Positions 1-7,536 of a DNA stretch of 41,783 nucleotides are shown piece after piece. Under the pieces are notes generated by a model. It had not been told where the DNA came from. It did no database searches and saw only the letters and a program-made list of their open reading frames with translations. Origin of the DNA: a virus (taxonomy: Duplodnaviria > Caudoviricetes); IMG/VR virus record IMGVR_UViG_3300023275_000006, positions 1 through 41,783 of that record; one strand, given 5' to 3'. The position numbers were made by a program, and so were the translations under genes. Every line of letters begins with the position of its first letter. The stretch's first letter is position 1.

Positions 1-55
1 GGGGTATTCTAATCTCTCTGGGGTAAGCGAAAAGCTTTACAACCTATTGAAAACA
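1..55 (+). repeat. Left copy of degenerate terminal direct repeat
   Basis: Ungapped manual alignment of 1-55 with 41716-41770 gives 45/55 identities (core TAAGCGAAAwGCTTTACAACC). Confidence 0.75.
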
Positions 56-198
56 AACGTCACTAGTACCATGTAATCTGCGGAAACTGTGTGTTATTTG
101 TACGGCTTCAATACGCTAGGTATACGCCAGCCATAAAAAAACTTTAGTACTGGGGGCCTAAAATCCACACTTTCCTTACTTTCTAAATTTCAGAATAC

Positions 199-411
199 CT
201 TGCGAAGTTGGCCTATAGAACACGGAAAATTAATAATTGGTTCTTCTTCTGGAGTATTGAATTTCCCACATATGCTGCGAAGTTGACTTATAAAGAAGTG
301 AAATTAATAAAAATGGGGTGTTTTTGGGGCCATACGGGTCGGTATTTATTACGGGGCAGGGAACAGTAATTGGCGCATATGTTGCGAAGTTGGCCTATAG
401 GGAATGGAAAA
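199..411 (+). repeat. Three degenerate ~30-nt direct repeats (core TGCGAAGTTGrCyTATA), CRISPR-repeat-like
   Basis: Cores start at 201, 276 and 383. Copy 3 is GTTGCGAAGTTGGCCTATAGGGAATGGAAA (381-410). Confidence 0.8.
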
Positions 412-420
412 AGCCGAGCC

Positions 421-440
421 GGCCCCTCCGCGGGGTTTTT
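421..440 (+). terminator. Possible weak intrinsic terminator
   Basis: CCCC-TCCGC-GGGG hairpin followed by TTTTT. Confidence 0.35.
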
Positions 441-495
441 ATCCGGGTAAAATATGATTCTATCCGGGTAATAATCGCTGGAGGCCAGGTATCGC

Positions 496-508
496 TAACT
501 TGTTGATT
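496..508 (-). promoter_or_regulatory. IHF-consensus binding site
   Basis: TAACTTGTTGATT is the reverse complement of a perfect WATCAANNNNTTR match. Confidence 0.5.
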
Positions 509-784
509 CTAAAGAATAATGATCTTCGCCTTCTCTACAGCCAAAAAAGAAAAGGCGAACAAAAATATCGTTTCCTTGCCACCTAGAGCGCGCGCCATGC
601 GTTCAATAATTCCGACATCCCTACATAGCCTGAAAAATAACGATTGCTCACGGCTCGCTGTAGGCTCAATACGGGCATACGGTATTTTTTACGTTTTAAC
701 GATTTTCCCGTATCATTATATGCGACGAATTATGATTCCGCGGACGGTCCCATGCGGTGTTAAATCCCGCATCACAAATAAGTA

Positions 785-813
785 TTGACATTCCGCCCGA
801 ATGGGTTTAAACT
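785..813 (+). promoter_or_regulatory. sigma70-type promoter for rightward early genes
   Basis: TTGACA (785-790), 17-bp spacer, TAAACT (808-813). Confidence 0.75.
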
Positions 814-847
814 GGTCTTTCAGTCGGTGGTTTGGGACTGAGTGGTT

Positions 848-879
848 AGGGCCACGGCCCTTGTTTGACAACTGAATAG
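848..879 (+). promoter_or_regulatory. Hairpin plus boxA-like antitermination motif
   Basis: AGGGC-CACG-GCCCT hairpin directly followed by TGTTTGACAACTGAATAG, resembling bacterial rrn boxA elements. Confidence 0.45.
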
Positions 880-1077
880 CTCGGGCAGGCTTGAACCTGA
901 TACGCAACTCGCAACATAGCTCAGCGTAGCGCAGGCATAGAGCATCCAAAAACGAAAGGAGACTCCAATCGTAGAACATGAATACTGGAGATTACATAGG
1001 CGTGACGAACTGATAACCGTAGCGTCCAATGTAGCAGCCAATTATGACTGAACTACAAATACTATTTAGGAGAAATA

Positions 1078-1572
1078 ATGACACCTTCAGAGATCGAAAA
1101 TGTGCCAAACACGGCACCTGTTATTGATACCGCCACCGGAGTAGAGACCGTAGAATTTACGGTCCAAACACAGTTATTCGATTTGGACACTGTGGACTAT
1201 GTAACGGTAGAACGCAAGGCAAAGTATCCCGCCATCGTAAGTGATGCGGACTTCGTTGCTCGCGTTCCTGATCTTACGTTGAGGCTTGAACTGTACAAAA
1301 TCGCATTTGAGATTGTACAACGTCGTGAGATTAAGAAAAGCACTGACCTTGATCCGCATTCTTGGATCGTTAAGGGTACAGATAAGAACTTCGCAGGAAC
1401 AGCGGCTCCGGACAAAGCATTCAACCAGACTGTTAACGGATTGATGCAGCCGTCATTGCGGGATGATATGACAGCAGAGGAAAAGGCGGCGTTACGCGCT
1501 AGTGTTATTGATGACATCAAAAACTCACCGCGCGTTATCGCCAAGCTAAAGGCGCAATTGTTAGCAAAGTAA
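1078..1572 (+). CDS. Hypothetical early protein (164 aa)
   Basis: ORF with strong RBS (AGGAG); first gene after the promoter at 785. Confidence 0.8.
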   Translation: MTPSEIENVPNTAPVIDTATGVETVEFTVQTQLFDLDTVDYVTVERKAKYPAIVSDADFVARVPDLTLRLELYKIAFEIVQRREIKKSTDLDPHSWIVKGTDKNFAGTAAPDKAFNQTVNGLMQPSLRDDMTAEEKAALRASVIDDIKNSPRVIAKLKAQLLAK

Positions 1573-1650
1573 CAATACAGGTTAAGGCGTTCCTGATAAA
1601 AACGCCAAACATTAATAGTCGAGAGACTTTAAATCCTGAAAGGTTACACA

Positions 1651-1923
1651 ATGGCTAAGACAGTAAAGAATGAATCACACTACGTTGTGACAATGACGCC
1701 CGATACATATTATCGGCTCCACAGTTTCGCTCAAAAGCATCTTAAAGAGATGTCGGACGAACTGATTAAGACCTCGAACAAGGGCATCACGGGATGGTCT
1801 TTCGAGCATGATCTTAAAGCATGGAAGCAGGCAGTCGAAGGAATGGCTTGCCTTGAATCGTTCGACTATAAGACAGTCGAAAAGATTGTGGAAACGCCCG
1901 ACGCAGATGAGGTAACAAAATAA
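1651..1923 (+). CDS. Hypothetical protein (90 aa)
   Basis: ORF with AAAGG RBS; TAATG overlap with the next gene. Confidence 0.75.
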   Translation: MAKTVKNESHYVVTMTPDTYYRLHSFAQKHLKEMSDELIKTSNKGITGWSFEHDLKAWKQAVEGMACLESFDYKTVEKIVETPDADEVTK

Positions 1924-2180
1924 TGTTTTCCATTTTGCGCCGTCAAAAGGTTGCGCGATTGAAGCTGTTAGTGCTGGCTATGTTGGACGCCGAATGCAAT
2001 AGCAGCCGCGATCCTTACGCGCAGTTATACGCGATGCTCCACATTGTAAGGGATTCCCGGCTTATGGGAATGCTGAGCGACACTGAACGCGTCTTAGCGA
2101 CAATGCTAGTGTACGGCTTAGATAAGGATGCCCCTGATATTAGGGGCGTCTCTTATGTTGCGGAGGTTTATCATGCCTAG
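1923..2180 (+). CDS. Hypothetical protein (85 aa)
   Basis: Translationally coupled ORF with GAGG RBS. Confidence 0.7.
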   Translation: MFSILRRQKVARLKLLVLAMLDAECNSSRDPYAQLYAMLHIVRDSRLMGMLSDTERVLATMLVYGLDKDAPDIRGVSYVAEVYHA

Positions 2181-2364
2181 ATGTGAGGACTTCCCTTGTT
2201 GTGGGCATGAGCCTAACGACTGTCCAGACAGACATGGACGTTTCCGTTGTGTTGACTGCGGTAGAATGTTACGCAAGGGCGCTAGTAGTTCGCTGTGTTC
2301 CACATGCCTAGCGCGTATGTCTAGATCATATTGGGATCCCGATAGGGAGCTAGAATCTTACTAA
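2173..2364 (+). CDS. Small Cys-rich, probably Zn-binding protein (63 aa)
   Basis: GGAGG RBS at 2162; MPRCEDFPCCGHE...CVDC...CSTC. Confidence 0.7.
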   Translation: MPRCEDFPCCGHEPNDCPDRHGRFRCVDCGRMLRKGASSSLCSTCLARMSRSYWDPDRELESY

Positions 2365-2369
2365 ATGTC

Positions 2370-2412
2370 AAGTACCGATTTTCGATAGTACTCGGGAATC
2401 GGTACTTTTCTT
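2370..2412 (+). terminator. Intrinsic terminator ending the early rightward unit
   Basis: AAGTACCGATT/AATCGGTACTT stem extended by G-U pairs, followed by a T-rich tract. Confidence 0.7.
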
Positions 2413-2464
2413 CGATTATGATTTTCGCTTTTGTACTAGTCAGTACCCTATAGTACCGCGGCGT

Positions 2465-2521
2465 GTGCAATGATTGCGTAAGATTTAACAATCGGTCATT
2501 ATTACTGTGCAATGATTGCTC
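2465..2521. promoter_or_regulatory. Two operator-like palindromes GTGCAA-TGA-TTGC
   Basis: Copies at 2465-2479 and 2507-2521, 42 bp apart; related to palindromes at 41551 and 41678. Confidence 0.55.
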
Positions 2522-2876
2522 ATAATTTTACAATTATAGTAATTCTTACCGATTGTTAAATTTGATTCAATTAGTACTGGTACCACTCCCCGATCCGGTA
2601 CTAGTACTAAAAAATTCATCTCCGCCGCAGGCGGACTTACATCTCATACAAATTTTAAAAAAATCCGCTATTATTTTTCCGCAACTCGGGCTTCGCCCCT
2701 CTGCAATAAAAATTCAAGAATCATAACCTACCTATTAAAACCTTTAACACCCCCTTTAGAATTTTTTGAAAATTTTTCTGGCTCCGTTTGCCTTTTTATG
2801 GTACACTTGTCCTTAAAGCACAGCGCCCGTAGTGTAACTATTCGTGTTATTAACACCACGGGATTACTAGGATTCA

Positions 2877-3224
2877 ATGTTCTTATCTCAGCAAGAAGCT
2901 CAGGATCGTATAGACCATTCGCCATTAAAGGCGTTAGTCTCTGCACTACGGGCCGAGAATTCTTCTACTCAGGAATCTAACAATGCTCCTCAGACCACAG
3001 ATGGCGGACCCAATAGAGATACCGGCACAGCGGGCCGAGAATCAAGAGCCGGAACGGGTTCTGAATTCACCGTCCCCGATGCAACCGGAAATTCTACAGC
3101 AGCCGATTCCACCATCCGGCTCCACAACAACAAAGTCGGCAACATCAGTCTTAGAGGGCTTGGGCTTGTTACGTCCGAAAAGCGCGGCCCCGCCAACAAC
3201 ACCGGAGATATTAGAACGAAATGA
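2877..3224 (+). CDS. Possible hypothetical protein (115 aa) overlapping the next ORF
   Basis: ATG after AGGA; helical-looking N-terminus; 242-nt overlap with 2983-3492. Confidence 0.35.
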   Translation: MFLSQQEAQDRIDHSPLKALVSALRAENSSTQESNNAPQTTDGGPNRDTGTAGRESRAGTGSEFTVPDATGNSTAADSTIRLHNNKVGNISLRGLGLVTSEKRGPANNTGDIRTK

Positions 3225-3492
3225 TCTAACTGTTGCGGCAACGCTTGAGCAGTTGGGGGATCTTATTAAGACTTCGCAATCTGAGTCTATTAGGATTCAA
3301 GCTATCAAGATGCTTATGGAAATGCATCAGCTATTGAAGCCGCAGATTGCAAATGGGGGCCTGATTGTCTCGATTAACATTCTTGACTCTGAGGCCCCTA
3401 AGGGGTTGAACCCGATCTTAATACCCCGGCCCGAAGCTAGTATTCTAGATATGTCCATACTTCCGCAGAATATTGAAACTCATGCTGTATAG
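2983..3492 (+). CDS. Hypothetical protein, candidate terminase small subunit
   Basis: First genes of the late operon; SESIRIQAIKMLMEMH resembles the helical oligomerisation segment of small terminases. Function is inferred. Confidence 0.5.
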   Translation: MLLRPQMADPIEIPAQRAENQEPERVLNSPSPMQPEILQQPIPPSGSTTTKSATSVLEGLGLLRPKSAAPPTTPEILERNDLTVAATLEQLGDLIKTSQSESIRIQAIKMLMEMHQLLKPQIANGGLIVSINILDSEAPKGLNPILIPRPEASILDMSILPQNIETHAV

Positions 3493-3507
3493 AAAGAACC
3501 TACTCTT

Positions 3508-3813
3508 ATGTCCTCTGTGCTAACAAATCCCAATCTTGAGAACGTCCCGAACCCGACACCTGGAATCCCCGATGCTGTTGAAATAGCAAATGCAGTATCA
3601 ACATTAGCAGCCGGCGGAAATCTCTTTTGCATGTATTATCGTCATGGAGTGAATCCGGGCTTAACAAAGATCTTTTATTATTCCGGGAACTTTCAAGAAG
3701 CAAAGAAGCGAGCTGAATCCCACTGTGGTATTATGGGATACAAATTCATATGGCTCCGGCCCTTTGTTGTGGATCTTGATGCTGAAGAGGCAACACAGTT
3801 GAGTAGAGGTTAA
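3508..3813 (+). CDS. Hypothetical protein (101 aa)
   Basis: ORF tightly packed in the operon. Confidence 0.7.
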   Translation: MSSVLTNPNLENVPNPTPGIPDAVEIANAVSTLAAGGNLFCMYYRHGVNPGLTKIFYYSGNFQEAKKRAESHCGIMGYKFIWLRPFVVDLDAEEATQLSRG

Positions 3814-3814
3814 T

Positions 3815-4009
3815 ATGACCCTCATTACATTGATTCTGACATTCGTTGTAGTCGGAGTTGTCATGTGGGCTATCAATGCCTATATTCCAATGGAGCCGAA
3901 CATTAAGAGATTGCTTAACATAGCAGTCGTAATTATTTTAGTTTTGTGGCTTCTCAGTGTGTTTGGAATCATTGGGGCGCTCGATGTACCAATCAGGAGA
4001 GTTCAATAA
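3815..4009 (+). CDS. Two-TM membrane protein, Thivi_2564-family-like (holin candidate)
   Basis: Two hydrophobic helices around WAINAYIPMEPNIKRLLNIAVVIILVLWLL. Confidence 0.75.
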   Translation: MTLITLILTFVVVGVVMWAINAYIPMEPNIKRLLNIAVVIILVLWLLSVFGIIGALDVPIRRVQ

Positions 4010-4010
4010 A

Positions 4011-4334
4011 ATGTCACAGCCAGCACATCAAGAACGTGTAATTCAAGAGCACAAGACTTTAGTCGAAATGCTCGACAAGTTAAAGACCTTTATCAACGAG
4101 GCGCCGGAATTTAAGGATTTGCCCGTTGAAGAACAGTGTCTACTTCTTGAACAGCGGGATGCAATGGCGCAATATGCAATGATTCTCACGCGCCGGATTT
4201 CTATATTCCCGCCTGAACCAAAAATCATCGTAACACCACTGGGCGAAAATCCAGTCCACGCAACACCTGCTACTTTACCCCCTTCTACTAAAGACGCGCC
4301 CGCTGTTAAACAGACGGAAGCTACCAAAAAATAG
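4011..4334 (+). CDS. crAss001_48-like helical protein
   Basis: AGGAG RBS; HQERVIQE...LDKLKTFI...LLLEQRDAMAQYAMILTRRI pattern. Confidence 0.7.
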   Translation: MSQPAHQERVIQEHKTLVEMLDKLKTFINEAPEFKDLPVEEQCLLLEQRDAMAQYAMILTRRISIFPPEPKIIVTPLGENPVHATPATLPPSTKDAPAVKQTEATKK

Positions 4335-4349
4335 TAGTCTGGGGCCTCA

Positions 4350-6662
4350 GTGCCAACACTTGAATTTCAGGCGATTGTTAATTCACTACAATCAGCAATC
4401 TTCACGCCCGGGAATTTAGTAACCGTCAGTGCTATGACTACGGTGGCTAATGTCCCGGTGCTGGATTTAACAGTTAATCAAATTGACACTGACAGCTTTA
4501 CCCTTGACGAAACGACCACCCCGCCGACTTTAAGAATTACTGCCCATCCAGAACAATCCCCTTGGCATAGTCCCATTGATGCAGCAGGATTCTATGTATT
4601 TGATATTCAGTACATTCAATTCTCGGACGGAACAATACAAACCACAGCTTTTAATTCCGGGGCCGTAGGACAAACGCCTTGGCTCAGTGACATAGACGCT
4701 GATAGTCATAATCTTGACAATGTATTAAATTTACGATTCACTGATCTTACCAGCCAAGCAACAGCCTTTCCCGGAATATCATTTGTCCAAACTCCTTGGC
4801 TCCAAGATATTAATGCCAACGGATTTAAGCTTAGTGGGTTCAGTTATGTTGTTGGTGGCGGTGTAGAAATCAGGCCCGCAGTAGCACAATTCCCACTTAC
4901 TATTCGCAATTCTGCTAATACGGCTTGGGATTGGTATGTCGCCCCCGATGGGAATATGACCACGGATACGGGCCGGACAATAACAAAACTCGGGGCTATC
5001 GGGTTTGCAGACTTAACAACTCAGACTACAGCATACAAAGGCATTGCTGCTACTCAGACCCCGTGGCTCCAGAGCATAGACGGAGCGGGCCGGTCTTTAT
5101 CGAATGTGGCCACTCTAAATGTTAATGGGCTTATTGTTTCAGCCGCCCATGACATTCGTCCATTAGCCGCTACAAATCCTTGGTTAGTTTATAATTCAGG
5201 CGGAGTCATAGATTGGGGCATTGATGTTAATGGGCATCTTGCAAGTGATACCAACCGTTCATTAGCTCGAATTGGTGCAATTTCATTTAGTCCTACGGGC
5301 GCAGGAACATTAACTTTCAAAGATGGTACAGTCCAGACTACAGCGTTCGCAGCAGGATCAGGAGCACAGACTCCTTGGCAGACTAACATTGATGGTGGGG
5401 CGCACACACTTACTAATGTCAGCAGTATTAATGCTGGTGGAATTGTAGCGGGTGGAGGTGGGCTTGCTACAGCGGCAGGGGGTTTATTAATCCTCCCCAA
5501 AGCTGGAGACAATGCAGTTATTATTTACAACGCCGGAGCAACGGCTGCGGATTGGGCGATCACTCCAGATGGATCGTTGGTCACTAACACCGGGCGCGGA
5601 ATCTATAACATCTCCACTTTAAGATTCTCGGATTCCACAAATCAAATCACTGCATTCCCCGGTATCCCTGCAACACAAACTCCGTGGCTTCAGAATATTG
5701 ATGGTGCAAGAAAAACACTAAGCCAGGTTGGGCAAATTATTATTTGGCCCGTTGCGGGTGTGCAACGCTTCGGCATTACAAATGATGCAGGATCTGGATG
5801 GGATTGGCTTGTTGATTCTACTGGAAATTTAAGTTCCGCTACTTTCAAAAGCATTCTTACGCTTGGTTCTATTGGTTTTGCAGATACCACAGTTCAGACT
5901 ACAGCCTATTTAGGTGTAGCCGCAACACAAACTCCTTGGAAGCAAAATATTAACGGCGCAGGATTTAGTTTAACTTCTGCTGGTGCTGCTGTAGATGTTG
6001 CCTGTCTTGTTGTGCATGGAATTGCAGCCACTAATAGATTACTGATATTTGATACTAGTGGCGGCCTTGAGTGGTTCATTGATCCTAATGGACACTTGAA
6101 TAGCAATACTACCCGCAGCATCACCACAGGTGGGTATATCAATGGTGGTGCATTAATCATACGGCCCGTTGGTGTATCTCCGGTTCAGATTGTTAATCAA
6201 GCAAATACTGGTAATGACTGGGAAATTGATGGTATAGGTAATTTAACGAGTCCCACCCACCGTGAAATAAAGAACGCGCTGCATCTTATTATGGGGGATG
6301 GTACTAATTTCTCAGCAGTATTAAGTCAACAGGTGGGCTTGATTCTCGGACACCTTAAACCTATTGATTGGGCAAGCGGGCCGGATTACTATGGCACCAT
6401 TGATGTAAGATTGGCCCGAGCTTCAGCGGGCGTGCTCAGTGTATTAAATCCATCAACAGCCGCGTATGCTGACTTTAATTGTCATGCCTTAACCGCCTCA
6501 AATGTTATTCGAGCGGCGGCCATAATTGTAGGCCCGAGCGGGGATGTCAGATCTGATACATTTAGTATTACCGGTTTTGGGACTGGGATTACTGGGACAT
6601 TCACAACGGCGGGCGGCCAAACGGTTACAGTTCGGGGCGGCATTATTCTTAGTATTGTTTAA
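4350..6662 (+). CDS. Repetitive fibre/tail-spike-like virion protein (770 aa)
   Basis: Six FxDxTxQxTA..QTPW repeats and six [D/E]W-containing modules; C-terminal TVTVRGGIILSI beta motif. Confidence 0.8.
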   Translation: MPTLEFQAIVNSLQSAIFTPGNLVTVSAMTTVANVPVLDLTVNQIDTDSFTLDETTTPPTLRITAHPEQSPWHSPIDAAGFYVFDIQYIQFSDGTIQTTAFNSGAVGQTPWLSDIDADSHNLDNVLNLRFTDLTSQATAFPGISFVQTPWLQDINANGFKLSGFSYVVGGGVEIRPAVAQFPLTIRNSANTAWDWYVAPDGNMTTDTGRTITKLGAIGFADLTTQTTAYKGIAATQTPWLQSIDGAGRSLSNVATLNVNGLIVSAAHDIRPLAATNPWLVYNSGGVIDWGIDVNGHLASDTNRSLARIGAISFSPTGAGTLTFKDGTVQTTAFAAGSGAQTPWQTNIDGGAHTLTNVSSINAGGIVAGGGGLATAAGGLLILPKAGDNAVIIYNAGATAADWAITPDGSLVTNTGRGIYNISTLRFSDSTNQITAFPGIPATQTPWLQNIDGARKTLSQVGQIIIWPVAGVQRFGITNDAGSGWDWLVDSTGNLSSATFKSILTLGSIGFADTTVQTTAYLGVAATQTPWKQNINGAGFSLTSAGAAVDVACLVVHGIAATNRLLIFDTSGGLEWFIDPNGHLNSNTTRSITTGGYINGGALIIRPVGVSPVQIVNQANTGNDWEIDGIGNLTSPTHREIKNALHLIMGDGTNFSAVLSQQVGLILGHLKPIDWASGPDYYGTIDVRLARASAGVLSVLNPSTAAYADFNCHALTASNVIRAAAIIVGPSGDVRSDTFSITGFGTGITGTFTTAGGQTVTVRGGIILSIV

Positions 6663-6671
6663 CATGCTTTT

Positions 6672-6944
6672 ATGATTACTACTTCAGAACACAAACTAAC
6701 TCAGGCAGAACAAGAATACTTCAAGGCTAATCAGGACAAACTTCAGAAACTTGAAGTCAACTATTATGCTTTGGTCGGCAAGGCTAAAGAGATGCACGAT
6801 GAGCTTTTGGTCACTAAGAATGCCGTCGATCAACAATTAACCGTAATCGTTAAGAACGCCGGGCTGACAGCGGGCCGCATAAGGATAGCTCCCGACAGTT
6901 CTTGTCTGATCATTGAACAAGAAAGCGAGAACCAAATACAATGA
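6672..6944 (+). CDS. Coiled-coil protein, possible fibre assembly chaperone (90 aa)
   Basis: Heptad-like sequence located directly after the long fibre gene. Confidence 0.6.
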   Translation: MITTSEHKLTQAEQEYFKANQDKLQKLEVNYYALVGKAKEMHDELLVTKNAVDQQLTVIVKNAGLTAGRIRIAPDSSCLIIEQESENQIQ

Positions 6945-7522
6945 GCACAATCCCTCTCCCCCATGCAGCCATAGTCCAGTCAATTCAGTCCGTGCAGCCA
7001 TTTGCACCGGGCGACATTTTAATGATCCAATCGGCTACGACTCAGGCTAACATTCCAGTGCTGGTGCTCGGAATTAATAAACTCGACCCGACACAGTTTA
7101 TTCTGGATACCAGTACGGACCCGGATACTGTTAAGATCAATACTGGCGTCATCGTTGCTGATCCGGCTTGGACTTCATGGACTCCGGTAATTACATCGTC
7201 TCCTGCTGGAGCAACGACCAATGTTCTTCTCGTGGCTCGGAAATTAACAAAAGGCAAAACTGTTAGTTGGGAAATCGGGTGGCGGGGGACCATTGTTGCA
7301 GCCTCATCTCAAATCTTATTTACGGGACTTCCTGTTCCGGCCAATACTAATGTTCGTCATGCGGCTGCAATTTCAATGAACGATGGAAATGGCGTACACA
7401 TATCGGCATCAGCTTACATTGATGGAAATGGGGCTGTGAATGCAAATGGTCTTGCGGGTGCCCTTCCTGTTAATCCGGCACTAATATCAATCTACCTTTC
7501 TGGAACATACGAGATTCTGTAA
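6941..7522 (+). CDS. Short fibre/receptor-binding-like protein, paralog 2 (193 aa)
   Basis: N-terminal domain shared with 4350 and 7537; C-terminal beta domain starting WTSWTPVI. Confidence 0.7.
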   Translation: MSTIPLPHAAIVQSIQSVQPFAPGDILMIQSATTQANIPVLVLGINKLDPTQFILDTSTDPDTVKINTGVIVADPAWTSWTPVITSSPAGATTNVLLVARKLTKGKTVSWEIGWRGTIVAASSQILFTGLPVPANTNVRHAAAISMNDGNGVHISASAYIDGNGAVNANGLAGALPVNPALISIYLSGTYEIL

Positions 7523-7536
7523 TCGGAGACATCATC

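Noticed and set aside
199-411. Canonical CRISPR array
   Set aside because: Only three degenerate copies with unequal spacing and no cas operon. Kept only as a CRISPR-like hypothesis.
318-1041. ORFs 318-506, 519-788, 716-979 and 820-1041
   Set aside because: No convincing RBS or protein-like features; they overlap repeats, the promoter and the structured leader.
880-1070. Hammerhead ribozyme or tRNA in the leader
   Set aside because: CTGATA and CGAAA are present but not the CUGANGA core with the required stems; no cloverleaf or T-loop consensus found.
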